From IMG/VR virus record IMGVR_UViG_3300047476_001426, positions 64,001-128,000 of that record: a DNA stretch of 64,000 nt, one strand, 5' to 3'. The notes under the pieces were generated by a model. It ran no database searches. It saw nothing but the letters and a program-made list of their open reading frames with translations, and was not told the DNA's origin. The position numbers and the translations under genes are program-made. Positions 53,622 through 63,629 of the stretch are shown here, piece after piece; the first letter of the stretch is position 1, and every line of letters starts with the position of its first letter. The DNA is from a virus.

Positions 53622-53691
53622 ATAAATTTATTTAGATTATACATATTTCATTTTTTTATTTGGGATATAACAAGAATATCAAAAAAAGTAT

Positions 53692-53699
53692 TATCTTTG
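53692..53699 (+). promoter_or_regulatory. Bacteroidota -7 element
   Basis: TATCTTTG 21 nt upstream of ATG 53721. Confidence 0.55.
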
Positions 53700-53720
53700 T
53701 ATTCAAATTAAAAGTATCTA

Positions 53721-54065
53721 ATGGAAAAACACAAGAAATGCACAGGGTGTAAGGGTGAATTCCCCATTACCAATTTCTACAAAAACAAACTAATTCATGA
53801 CGGTCACAGTAATTATTGTATTGATTGTACCAAAGTGAATTCAAAGAAGTACTTCCAAAGAAAAAAAGAACGCACCGTCAAGGTGGAAAACGAAAACCTT
53901 TTAAAATTGGTTCTATTGAACAACTATCAACAAGAAACCGCATCCCCACAAGCTGACAATCTCATGAAAATCCTGATGATTGAAAAAATGTGTAAAAACG
54001 TTTTAGACGAAATTGAAAACCTAAAACGGAGTTTTGTAAAAACAGAAACCGAAGTTGTAGAATAA
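53721..54065 (+). CDS. Zinc-finger protein (HNH-associated type N-terminus)
   Basis: CTGC...NFYK...DG...YCIDC. Confidence 0.7.
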   Translation: MEKHKKCTGCKGEFPITNFYKNKLIHDGHSNYCIDCTKVNSKKYFQRKKERTVKVENENLLKLVLLNNYQQETASPQADNLMKILMIEKMCKNVLDEIENLKRSFVKTETEVVE

Positions 54066-54118
54066 TTATATACAAACCCAATTTATTGGGTATTTATAGT
54101 ATATAATTATTTTTAACA

Positions 54119-55690
54119 ATGAGATTTACAGATTTACTGTTTCAAACATTATTAGAAGAGGTAAAAAATAAAGCCCTCTTTACCAAACTAATGGATGGTT
54201 GGCGACAACAAAAGCCAAACCTGACTGATGAGGAGGGTGAAGAGCTCTTTAATTCTTTTGCCAGAATACAAAATGGTTTAAGACCGGATTTACCTCAAGT
54301 TTACACTTTTTTAACCAAATTTGACGGTAATCACGGACACTCAAAATTTGATGAGAAAAACTTAAAGAGTCTTCCAAGTTATACCTACGAACAAATAAGA
54401 TTTTTAATTGATGAATATTCAGATACCGTAAGGGAAAGGGAGGTTGATGCATTTTCTGGTAGAGATACTGCGGCAACACCTGAAAGAGTTGAAGCATCAA
54501 AAAATTTATGGTTTGGTGGTGATAATTTGATATTTCAAAAAGATGGATTAAGAGTTTATGACATTAAGAATGAACAAATGTCAATTAGATATGGTTATTG
54601 GTACCATGTTGTTTACAAAAACGCTAAAGAGAACGCCGGACAGAATCAACGTATTAATGATGTTTGGTGTGTAACTTGGAGACCTGATATGGGTAAAACC
54701 AATATGTGGGGTTCATATCGTGGAACGAGAAGTTTTTATTATGTAATCGATGAAAACAAATCCCCAACAGATAAATTTTACATAAGTGCGATTCAAAAAG
54801 ACACAAGTAATCGCTCAGGGTTTAAAATAAATTCCATGTTTAATGATGGTGATAATGATGTTACTTTTGATGAAATTGTAAACATATACCCACAATTAGC
54901 TGGAGAAGAAAAAATATTTAAAGTAAAACCATACAGTGAAGAAGAAAGAACCACAAATAACGTGGTTGGTCAGATTAACGAAAGACCAGGAAGTCAATAT
55001 GAGTTTAGAAGAGTCTCAAAACAATTAAAGAAAGCATACATAGATAATGGTGGTACATTGACAGACCCAAATTCATGGAAAGCGATGGACACGTCTCTAA
55101 GAAATCTCTACATTTTATTTCCCCAACTTAATAGAAACAATGTGTTCTCAAGATTTGGGAATTTTTCATTTATCAATGAAATAAAACGAGTTGGTAATGA
55201 ATTTAGGTTATTAGATAATACCCTTAAACAAAAAGGAATTGATGAGGGTGTTGGTGCAATCTATGACCACATCAACAAAAATGAATTTAAAGTTGCGAGA
55301 ATTAGTGCCGATAATAAATCAATTAGAATTTACGAAAGTAAGAGAAATGGGAAATATGGTTTGTACGATATATCCAAATTTGATTGGGTAAATCATAATG
55401 GCGTTTACTATGAACCATTATTTGATGAAATTACAACCGACATTTATGTAGATTCTGAGGGTGAAACATATATTGTCGAATCTTTTGGTAAATCGGGTAT
55501 AGAAGATGACCAATCATTTTACGTTGTTTATAATACCGACGAATCAAAGAATCCACAATACGATGGACATATATTGTCAGCAAGAAAGTGGAAAGAATTA
55601 CAAAAAGAATTATCTCCTGAAGATGGTACAGAACCAGAAAGTGATGAACCAAGCAATTATTCAGATATAAAAGAAAAAAGGGGTTATTAA
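54119..55690 (+). CDS. Large hypothetical protein (probable virion/late)
   Basis: N-terminal LFQTLLEE; WCVTW motif shared with the 61812 gene. Confidence 0.75.
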   Translation: MRFTDLLFQTLLEEVKNKALFTKLMDGWRQQKPNLTDEEGEELFNSFARIQNGLRPDLPQVYTFLTKFDGNHGHSKFDEKNLKSLPSYTYEQIRFLIDEYSDTVREREVDAFSGRDTAATPERVEASKNLWFGGDNLIFQKDGLRVYDIKNEQMSIRYGYWYHVVYKNAKENAGQNQRINDVWCVTWRPDMGKTNMWGSYRGTRSFYYVIDENKSPTDKFYISAIQKDTSNRSGFKINSMFNDGDNDVTFDEIVNIYPQLAGEEKIFKVKPYSEEERTTNNVVGQINERPGSQYEFRRVSKQLKKAYIDNGGTLTDPNSWKAMDTSLRNLYILFPQLNRNNVFSRFGNFSFINEIKRVGNEFRLLDNTLKQKGIDEGVGAIYDHINKNEFKVARISADNKSIRIYESKRNGKYGLYDISKFDWVNHNGVYYEPLFDEITTDIYVDSEGETYIVESFGKSGIEDDQSFYVVYNTDESKNPQYDGHILSARKWKELQKELSPEDGTEPESDEPSNYSDIKEKRGY

Positions 55691-55700
55691 ACCCCTTTTT
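55677..55700. terminator. Bidirectional terminator
   Basis: aaaggggtt-att-aaacccctttt between convergent genes. Confidence 0.7.
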
Positions 55701-56528
55701 TTATGATAATAAAGAATAGTATTCTTTAAAATGTTTTATTCGGTCTGAAAGCCCAATTGTTCCACCATTTACTCTTTTTGTAATTTTAGTTACAACGGTA
55801 TCACTTGAACCCTCATCGGCCATTTTATGTAATCCATTTTTATTAAAAAACCAAGCCGCCGATAATAGAGCGTATTTTGAAGAAACTAAATCAGGATTTG
55901 AAATAACGTCTTCATTGATTGCTTTACCAAACGCAGTATAGTTATCCTTTCCAGTCAATTGGATATAACCTCTGCCACGGAATTTGTAACCTTCTTTTGT
56001 TGATTCAACACCATTACCCATTCTTCCACCATAAACACGAGAAGCAATTGCTTCGGGTTTTCTTTGATATTGTTCAGCCAATGCATCTGTTGGGAAGTAT
56101 TTTCCGAAAATACCTCTTAAACCTTTTGCAGAATAGTTTAAATTTTCTTGTGTTGCCTTAAAACCACCTGATTCATGTCCACATTGTGCTAAAAAATGTG
56201 CTAATCTTAATGGTGTGTTTATTTGGAATTTCTGAGCGGTATCAGGAATCATCGAGATTACTGCATCAGGTACGTGACCTTTTAATTTTTCTAATTTTAA
56301 ACCACCGACATTTGGTACCGGTGATGGTTCGGTGATGACCGTTTGAGATGAGAACATTTTAGACCAAGTTCCGTCACCAACAATTCCGTCAGCGGTTAAT
56401 CCATTAGTTGATTGCCAACCTTTTACAGCCAGTTCAGTGCCTGAACCAAACACACCATCAGGTGCTAAACCTAATTTTTCTTGTAATTTTTTTACATCTT
56501 CTCCTGTAGAGCCTTTTTTGAGTAACAT
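55701..56528 (-). CDS. Endolysin: PG-binding domain plus GH19 catalytic domain
   Basis: VKKLQEKLG...DGVFGSGT...DGIVG; FLAQCGHESGG, FRGRGYIQLTGKDNY, VNGG. Confidence 0.9.
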   Translation of the reverse strand: MLLKKGSTGEDVKKLQEKLGLAPDGVFGSGTELAVKGWQSTNGLTADGIVGDGTWSKMFSSQTVITEPSPVPNVGGLKLEKLKGHVPDAVISMIPDTAQKFQINTPLRLAHFLAQCGHESGGFKATQENLNYSAKGLRGIFGKYFPTDALAEQYQRKPEAIASRVYGGRMGNGVESTKEGYKFRGRGYIQLTGKDNYTAFGKAINEDVISNPDLVSSKYALLSAAWFFNKNGLHKMADEGSSDTVVTKITKRVNGGTIGLSDRIKHFKEYYSLLS

Positions 56529-56624
56529 AGTTGTTTTATTTAGTTAGTTATTATAACTAATAAATATTTTAAAAATACTAAAACCCGTTTCCACGTAAAT
56601 GAGGTATTTATATATAAAAAGAAA

Positions 56625-57200
56625 ATGGGTAAAAAAATTATAGTAACCGAATCTCAAATGAGAAGACTTTTAGATAAAATGATTAATGAATCTAAAATGG
56701 GTATTGATGAATTAGACTATCAATCATATACCGAGGGTGATGATTTACAACAATTACGTGACGCTATTGATAGAAACATCTTAGTAAGCGTTGCGTTTGT
56801 AAAAAAAGACGGTTCAGTTAGACATATGGCAATTAAAAAGAATATCAGTTCATATGTTGGAAGTGATAGGGAGAAATCTGAAAAACAAATGAATGTTGAA
56901 ATGAATAACAACATTAAAAAAGTTGTTGATATTAATGCATACAACAAAAAACTCAAAGAACTTAGAAACATGGGTATCGAAGATGACCAAGCGAAAGCTG
57001 AGGCATCTAAAGTTGCTTGGAGAAGTATAAGTCTTGAAAATGTTTTAGGATTCATGGTAAGAGGTAATTTTGTTGATTTGAGAGATGAAAATGAAATTAT
57101 GAATCGTTTTGGTGAGGAGGTATATAATTCATTAACAAAGTCAATGAAAAACGCTTTAGCTCAGGACCAAATGGCTGACGAGCAACCTGAAGAAATTTAA
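56625..57200 (+). CDS. Late protein with IIVTESQ N-terminal motif
   Basis: MGKKIIVTESQMRRLLDKMINE. Confidence 0.8.
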   Translation: MGKKIIVTESQMRRLLDKMINESKMGIDELDYQSYTEGDDLQQLRDAIDRNILVSVAFVKKDGSVRHMAIKKNISSYVGSDREKSEKQMNVEMNNNIKKVVDINAYNKKLKELRNMGIEDDQAKAEASKVAWRSISLENVLGFMVRGNFVDLRDENEIMNRFGEEVYNSLTKSMKNALAQDQMADEQPEEI

Positions 57201-57248
57201 GGTACCCATATTTGTTTTTATGGCGTATATTTTATCATCACCGAATAT

Positions 57249-57446
57249 ATGGTGAACCAAAATATGTCAGAATTAAGAATTATTAAATTTTCAAACAAAA
57301 AAGTGGTAATGAAACCACAAAATAAAATTGGTGTAACTGAGGTTTGGACACCCAATTATAACACGGTTACTGTATTCCCCGTTCAATACATCATGCACGA
57401 TGGTGTTCGTTATTTTTTACAACAAGTAACTGAAAAAACATCTTAA
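57249..57446 (+). CDS. Small hypothetical protein
   Basis: 65 aa ORF filling the intergenic space. Confidence 0.55.
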   Translation: MVNQNMSELRIIKFSNKKVVMKPQNKIGVTEVWTPNYNTVTVFPVQYIMHDGVRYFLQQVTEKTS

Positions 57447-57462
57447 ATGAATATTTATCCAT

Positions 57463-57771
57463 ATGAAGATTATTATCACGGAATCCCAATTAAAAAAAAT
57501 TACTCAAGGATTGATTAATGAAACCGATTCTAAAACAGAGTATGCGGTAATTGAAATTCTTAAACCATTATCATATATGGATGAAAAATATTATTTCCAA
57601 GCAGTCCCATTATGGCATACTAAGGAAGATAAAATATACATCAAAAAGGGTGCGAGTGGTAATAAATTAATATCGACTAAAAATATTAAAGTACTGAAAG
57701 TCTTCAGTTCAGAAAATGATGAAATGAGGGACTACTTAAAAAGTGTCAGAGAAAAAAATGAAAACAATTAA
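57463..57771 (+). CDS. Late protein with IIITESQ N-terminal motif
   Basis: MKIIITESQLKKITQGLINE. Confidence 0.8.
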   Translation: MKIIITESQLKKITQGLINETDSKTEYAVIEILKPLSYMDEKYYFQAVPLWHTKEDKIYIKKGASGNKLISTKNIKVLKVFSSENDEMRDYLKSVREKNENN

Positions 57772-57858
57772 TTACATTTTTTATTCTGTAATATTCTTCT
57801 CAATATTTTGTTATTACTCGATTATAAGATTTATAGATAAAATAAAACCTTACATCAT

Positions 57859-58116
57859 ATGAACATACTTATTACAGAAAGTCAATACAAAAAAGTATTA
57901 AAAGAATACTATGAAAAAGATAAACTTTACCATAGAGAAAGTTTAGTTCAAAGATTATTGGTTAAGAACAAGCAAGGATTTTTCGTGGCACCTAAACAAA
58001 TTAGGGATGTTATTGAAAAATTACCTTATATCGATTGTTATGACCAAGAAGGTAATAAACAAACCTGTACAAAAATACCGGAGGTTCTTCATGTTTATTT
58101 GACTGGTAGGTATTAA
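57859..58116 (+). CDS. Late protein with ILITESQ N-terminal motif
   Basis: MNILITESQYKKVLKE. Confidence 0.8.
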   Translation: MNILITESQYKKVLKEYYEKDKLYHRESLVQRLLVKNKQGFFVAPKQIRDVIEKLPYIDCYDQEGNKQTCTKIPEVLHVYLTGRY

Positions 58117-58156
58117 TTAAAATAATCAGATATTTATTTATAAAACAATATTAAAA

Positions 58157-58576
58157 ATGGGAAAGAAAATAGTATTAAGAGAATCTCAATTAAAAAGATT
58201 ACTTCAATATAGTACAAAACAAAAATTACAAGAAAGTCTTGAAGACCTTGAACCTGTAGACTACAATATAGGTAAAGATGATGAGAATAACTTACCAAAC
58301 CCACCTCAAGAATTGAATGTTGATGTTGTTGATGGTAAATTCGTGGACTACACTATGGGTAAAGAAGGTGATGAAAATCAACTACCAAACCCACCCCAAG
58401 AAATAAATTTAGATATTGAAGAAGATGTTCCTATGGACGCAGAAATCGATATGGAAACAGGAATTACTATGGAAGATGATTACTCATTAAATGAGGGTCA
58501 AAAAGAATTGAAATCAACTTTCAACAAATATATGGGAAACCCAATTATTGAAAGTTTAAGTTCAAAAATTAAATAA
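58157..58576 (+). CDS. Acidic late protein with internal duplication
   Basis: MGKKIVLRESQLKRLL; two copies of DY..GK..DEN.LPNPPQE.N.D. Confidence 0.8.
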   Translation: MGKKIVLRESQLKRLLQYSTKQKLQESLEDLEPVDYNIGKDDENNLPNPPQELNVDVVDGKFVDYTMGKEGDENQLPNPPQEINLDIEEDVPMDAEIDMETGITMEDDYSLNEGQKELKSTFNKYMGNPIIESLSSKIK

Positions 58577-58594
58577 TTAAAACACTATAAATAA

Positions 58595-58619
58595 AAAGAC
58601 CCCTTATTGGGGTTTTTTT
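58595..58619 (+). terminator. Intrinsic terminator
   Basis: aaagacccc-ttatt-ggggtttttt. Confidence 0.7.
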
Positions 58620-58655
58620 ATGCCCATAACTTAAATCTCAAAGTATTTATAGAGT

Positions 58656-59282
58656 ATGAAATACATAATAACAGAATCTCAATTAAAGAAGATTATAGAT
58701 AGTGAAATCGATGAGAGGTCAAGAACTCTTGCGAACACTCGTAAAAAAAGAATATTCCCGAAATCTGCAATGATGTCAAATCCCGACAGATTTAAAGAAT
58801 ACGATAAAGAAGTACGAGACGTAAAAGAAGATATATCATCAGAAGAACAAGAGTTAGATTCGTTATTAATGTCTGCAGGGATTGTGTTGACCCCTGAAGA
58901 AAAATCTGAAATACAACCTGAATGTCAGCAATTTGAAATACCACCACAAGTTTCAAGTATAGTCGATACCATCAAACAAAAATTAGATGGTATGGATAAA
59001 GTAGGATTAATAAACACATTAAAACAAGTATTGTCTATTCAGAAAAAAGCTAAATCCCCACAACCCACACAAGAACAATTAGCACCGGTAATTATTGCGG
59101 GCGTTTCAGTACCAGGTGTGGCGGTTGCAGTTGTTGTCGGTATTATCGCATTAATCATTGTTGTTAAAATCGCAGGATTAATTAAAGGTTCAAAAAGAGG
59201 GCACACAAGAAGTGGACAATCTTTTTGTAAAAGAAGAAGAAAGTTGGTTAGACGATTCGGTATTGATGGTAATTTTATGTAA
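58656..59282 (+). CDS. Late protein with IITESQ motif and C-terminal TM helix
   Basis: MKYIITESQLKKII; VAVAVVVGIIALIIVVKI. Confidence 0.8.
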   Translation: MKYIITESQLKKIIDSEIDERSRTLANTRKKRIFPKSAMMSNPDRFKEYDKEVRDVKEDISSEEQELDSLLMSAGIVLTPEEKSEIQPECQQFEIPPQVSSIVDTIKQKLDGMDKVGLINTLKQVLSIQKKAKSPQPTQEQLAPVIIAGVSVPGVAVAVVVGIIALIIVVKIAGLIKGSKRGHTRSGQSFCKRRRKLVRRFGIDGNFM

Positions 59283-59288
59283 TTAATT

Positions 59289-59642
59289 ATGAAAATAATA
59301 CTAACAGAGGAACAATTAAAAAAAGCAATCAAATCGGTTTCAAACGATTTTGAAAATTTCGCCGAAACCAGAATGGGTGGTGCAAAAAAAATTAGTGAAA
59401 ATGCAAAAGAAAAAGGTGGGTTATCTTTATTAACTTATCACCACTTCGTTGTTAAATTACCATACTATAAAAAAGCATCTGAAGGAAAGTTAACCAAAGA
59501 TGCAATGGAAAAAGAGTATAAAAAATTACTAGAACAACTATACAATTCAACCAAAGATGGTATGGACATCAAACAAATTCAATTTCAGGAATTGGTCGGT
59601 AAAATAGAAGTTCTTGGTGAACTGTTAATTAAAGACAAATAA
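59289..59642 (+). CDS. Late protein with IILTEEQ motif
   Basis: MKIILTEEQLKKAI. Confidence 0.8.
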   Translation: MKIILTEEQLKKAIKSVSNDFENFAETRMGGAKKISENAKEKGGLSLLTYHHFVVKLPYYKKASEGKLTKDAMEKEYKKLLEQLYNSTKDGMDIKQIQFQELVGKIEVLGELLIKDK

Positions 59643-59696
59643 AGATAGTTGGGGTTTGAAAACCCCACTTTAGGACCGGGACTAGTTCACGGAGTT

Positions 59697-59726
59697 AAGG
59701 GGTGAATTCGCTACTCACCCCTTTTT
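59697..59726. terminator. Terminator between convergent genes
   Basis: aaggggtga-attcgctac-tcacccctttt. Confidence 0.75.
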
Positions 59727-59735
59727 ATTTACCCC

Positions 59736-60290
59736 TTAATTTATTTTATATTTTTCTACTTCGTCCGCTGTAATTAAATGGTCCAAATTACGTTTTTCTT
59801 TTACCATTGGGTAATTAAATGACCTCTCAAAAAAAGTTGTAATTATTTTATTCTGTTTAACAATAAAAAATAATATATCACCAACTGACTGAGTTTCTTT
59901 ATCCATCAAATATAACTTAGTAAAAGCTTCATCTTTTAAAACACTTCTAAGTGTTTCATATTTATCATCCTTAGAATAAAAATTTATACGTTCAACATCA
60001 ATATTAAATCTATGTACCTCTATACCAAAATCTTCGTCCTCAGGTAAATCATAGGACATAATTTTTTTGATGGTGTTGCCGATTTGTTCCCTTTCACTAT
60101 TTGAAAGCATGTACGTTCCAACTTCACGAACATCTAATTTATTGTTTACTTTGGTAAATTTTTTAACAATAAATTCTTCGTTATTTGTGAATCTTATATA
60201 GAAATTCTTATTGTAGTGATAACTGGCCATGAGCTCATTTAGCTCAGAATCAACATACTCCTTTAATATTTTCTTTATTAATTTTTCCAT
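59736..60290 (-). CDS. Hypothetical late protein
   Basis: MEKLIKKILKEY. Confidence 0.75.
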   Translation of the reverse strand: MEKLIKKILKEYVDSELNELMASYHYNKNFYIRFTNNEEFIVKKFTKVNNKLDVREVGTYMLSNSEREQIGNTIKKIMSYDLPEDEDFGIEVHRFNIDVERINFYSKDDKYETLRSVLKDEAFTKLYLMDKETQSVGDILFFIVKQNKIITTFFERSFNYPMVKEKRNLDHLITADEVEKYKIN

Positions 60291-60293
60291 AAA

Positions 60294-60884
60294 TTATTTA
60301 ATGTCTTTCGACTCAATAAGGGTATATGTAAAAGACTTACCATGTATTGTTGCTGCTTTGTTCATGATTTTCATAAAACTATCAAAATCAACGGACTTTT
60401 TAAATACTTGACAACCCTCTGACCAGTTTTCAACATATGTTGAATCGGCACCTGCTTTGTGAATATTGATTCCGAATACACCTTCTTGAATTATGTTTTC
60501 ATCGTACTGCATATCCTTATCTTTATCACGGTATACCTTAACAGGTTTTTGTTGTTTTAATGCTTCGTATTTTCCTTGGTGTAATCCAATTGTGTGAGAA
60601 CCTCTGTATTGACCCGGTACCAATCTTGCCACCCCCGCAGCATTATGATACTCCATGACACCTTTTTTACCAGGGTCTGTTGTTGCTGGCCAAATATGAA
60701 ATTTCCATTCACCACCTTCTTTATATGAAACGGTTAAAAAATCATCAAATACGTTTGTCACTTTATCACCCGTACTTGAGTTTCTAACCCCGACGATATT
60801 CACATCGAAATCCTTCAAACCTTCAAACCACACATAACCTTTTGACTTGACTGTTTCTTCAATTTGCTCTCTCTTGTAACTCAT
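60294..60884 (-). CDS. L,D-transpeptidase-like (YkuD-type) cell-wall enzyme
   Basis: GINIHKAG...WSEGCQV His/Cys catalytic pattern. Confidence 0.7.
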   Translation of the reverse strand: MSYKREQIEETVKSKGYVWFEGLKDFDVNIVGVRNSSTGDKVTNVFDDFLTVSYKEGGEWKFHIWPATTDPGKKGVMEYHNAAGVARLVPGQYRGSHTIGLHQGKYEALKQQKPVKVYRDKDKDMQYDENIIQEGVFGINIHKAGADSTYVENWSEGCQVFKKSVDFDSFMKIMNKAATIHGKSFTYTLIESKDIK

Positions 60885-60987
60885 TTTTTGTTTAATTAGG
60901 TTTTATTATTTTAATATAAATATCCCCAAAAAAAGATATTCTTTAAGGTATTTATATTATATTGTTGGAACTTACAATCATTCAGTT

Positions 60988-61812
60988 ATGGATAGAAAAT
61001 TAAAAAACGCATTTAGGAAAGTACTTTCAGAAAATATGACACCTAATCAAACCGCCGCAATGAGTGCAGGGTTTGGACCGGTATCTGTTGAATACGCCAA
61101 TACTTTATCATCACAAGGTAAAATAACCGCACAACCAAATAACACTCCTTGGAGTGTGGTTCAAAATAGTCCAGCACCACAAACACCGACACAACCAACT
61201 AATACAAGTGTTAAATTCGGGGTGGACTATAAATTCACATACCCCGGTGATAATGCGTATAGTTACGGATATAAAGATGGTAAGTGGTATGCTAAAAATA
61301 TTTCAAAAAACACCGAATTTGATTTATCTTCAAATCCAAAATTTAAATCATCTGTTGATAATTTAAATAAAAAATTTGGTAGTCAGGTTGGTAGCACTCA
61401 AACACAAAATACCCAACAACAACCAACTAATCAACCACAATCACCATATCAGTTTGATTTTAAACAGAATCTCACTGCGGTGGATAACACATATGTAAAA
61501 CCAATGGTACCACCAGTACTAAAAGAAGGTGTGAGAAGAAAAACAATACTTGAATCCAAATATGATGTTTACCATAAAAGTTACACATCAGCAATAAATG
61601 CTGCGTTAGATTACGCCAACGAAAGAGGTTTCGAATACGATAAAGAAGAAACCGCAAGAGAAATCGGTTTGGGTCCTAAAAAACCGTCAGAAGGAAAAAC
61701 AAATAGATTTTCAATTTCATTAACAAAAGACGGAAAAGAGCAAAAGAAAAAATTACACATCCAAGTTTATGGTATGGGTGAGAAATACGAATTAAATTGT
61801 TACATTAATTAA
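60988..61812 (+). CDS. Hypothetical late protein with P/Q/T-rich linkers
   Basis: AFRKVLSEN; TATTTATA at 60949. Confidence 0.75.
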   Translation: MDRKLKNAFRKVLSENMTPNQTAAMSAGFGPVSVEYANTLSSQGKITAQPNNTPWSVVQNSPAPQTPTQPTNTSVKFGVDYKFTYPGDNAYSYGYKDGKWYAKNISKNTEFDLSSNPKFKSSVDNLNKKFGSQVGSTQTQNTQQQPTNQPQSPYQFDFKQNLTAVDNTYVKPMVPPVLKEGVRRKTILESKYDVYHKSYTSAINAALDYANERGFEYDKEETAREIGLGPKKPSEGKTNRFSISLTKDGKEQKKKLHIQVYGMGEKYELNCYIN

Positions 61813-63629
61813 TGAAAATTTTATCACTAATAGAATCAATAATTTTAGAGGCAACTCCCGATGAAATATATAACTCATATTATTCGGACATTCCTCGAGA
61901 CACTTTTAATGAAATTATTATAAGTGACCCACAAACCAAATCAAATGATAGAGGAATCCAACGTATTGGTAAGTATGCTAAATTATTGATTAATCTTTTC
62001 AGAAAAAAAACACTAAAGATTGAAGATTTACCAAGAGCAAAAGAATACTTAGAATATGTTTATAAACATAGTATTGCTCTTGATTCAAATAAAATCAAAT
62101 CATTAAATGATTTGTATGATGTTGTAAAAGGTTATTATGCTAAGGATACAAGAGACCTCAGTTCGATTATATCCGCATTAGATGAGAAAGAATATAGGAA
62201 GGTCTTTCAGGGGGACAAATGGTCTATTTTTGTTCCACTTACAGAAAAGGCGTCTTGTTATTTAGGTGTGAACACTGAATGGTGTACAACTTGGGGTCCA
62301 CAATCTTTAAACCCAAAACATAAAGACAGAGGTAGTTTATTCTCAAGATATAATTCACAGGGTCAACTTTTTATTTTAATAAACAATTCCGATATTAATG
62401 ACAAATATCAATTCCATTTTGAGTCCAAACAATACATGGACAAAGAAGATGCTAGAATTAATGTACAGGAATTTTTAAATAATAATGAAGAAGTAAAAAA
62501 CTTTTTCTTCCCATCACTCATCAACAATGATTTAGATAACGATGTGTTGTTATCACAAATTACTCGTTTAAATGCACTTGATGATGAAGATGCGTCAATA
62601 TTGGTAAATAAATTAGTTTCAAGTTCCGCGAAAACCAACCCATTGATTGCAGCATTAGTTAGTAAAAATTTGGATTCACTTGAGCAACTCATTACAGATG
62701 ACGATGTTGAGTCGTTGGAATTTGAAAGAGAGTATTTGATTATCTCACTTAAAAGTTCATTCGGAGGAAGTTTAAGAACCACTCACGATACCCTGAGTTA
62801 TTACCAACACGAAGCTAATGATGGTAGAGAGGTTCTGTGGGATAGAATGAATAATGAAGACACTGATTATATTAGAGATACTTTATCACATTATTTAGAA
62901 GAATATTATAAGAGAAATGCCGATGAATTAAGGTCATCATATGGGTATCGTGATTATGAAGAATTTAAATCAGACCATTTTGATAATTTTACTCAAAATG
63001 ATAATATTTGGGATTGGTATTCCGATACATATGTGAGCAAAAATGCTCAACATTTTGAAAACGCCGCACAAGCTGAAGCCGACGCTATTGAGAAATATAT
63101 TGATTTTGATACATACGGTAGAAGAGAGGAGATTAAAGTTAAAATCCCATATTTTTTACTTTTCCTAGCAAAAAAAGATTACAAAACTATTGATGGAAAA
63201 GAAGATTATATGGTTGACGTTTTGGATGATTATGTGAGCTACTACGATATTGACAATGATTACGAAGGTATATGGGACCATCAAATAGATGATGTTACAT
63301 ACGAAGATTTGGAAAAACCAATCACAGAATATTTTGAAAATTTATTTGATGATTTTGAGGGTATGAAGAAATGTGGTGAATACCGTAACATATTAAATGA
63401 TGTGGTTCAAAAGGTATTTAAAGGTTCTGATAGAGTTGAGAATGAAGAATTCATGATTTATTTACCATCAATGAAAATTGATTGTGATAGTGGAAGTATT
63501 GTCATTGTGTTCAAAGATAAAAAGAAAGGGACGAGTGAAACAGGACCTGTAAAAGTTGAAAACTTAGCATCATATGCAACCAACTATAAACTATTTGAAA
63601 ATATAATGTCTTTCAAGAGATTCATATGA
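61812..63629 (+). CDS. Large acidic late protein
   Basis: LIESIILEA; ASCYLG..TEWCTTWG motif. Confidence 0.8.
   Translation: MKILSLIESIILEATPDEIYNSYYSDIPRDTFNEIIISDPQTKSNDRGIQRIGKYAKLLINLFRKKTLKIEDLPRAKEYLEYVYKHSIALDSNKIKSLNDLYDVVKGYYAKDTRDLSSIISALDEKEYRKVFQGDKWSIFVPLTEKASCYLGVNTEWCTTWGPQSLNPKHKDRGSLFSRYNSQGQLFILINNSDINDKYQFHFESKQYMDKEDARINVQEFLNNNEEVKNFFFPSLINNDLDNDVLLSQITRLNALDDEDASILVNKLVSSSAKTNPLIAALVSKNLDSLEQLITDDDVESLEFEREYLIISLKSSFGGSLRTTHDTLSYYQHEANDGREVLWDRMNNEDTDYIRDTLSHYLEEYYKRNADELRSSYGYRDYEEFKSDHFDNFTQNDNIWDWYSDTYVSKNAQHFENAAQAEADAIEKYIDFDTYGRREEIKVKIPYFLLFLAKKDYKTIDGKEDYMVDVLDDYVSYYDIDNDYEGIWDHQIDDVTYEDLEKPITEYFENLFDDFEGMKKCGEYRNILNDVVQKVFKGSDRVENEEFMIYLPSMKIDCDSGSIVIVFKDKKKGTSETGPVKVENLASYATNYKLFENIMSFKRFI

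Noticed and set aside
5408-60922. T4-type TATAAATA late promoters
   Set aside because: Copies near starts are oriented so the coding strand reads TATTTATA, the opposite of T4
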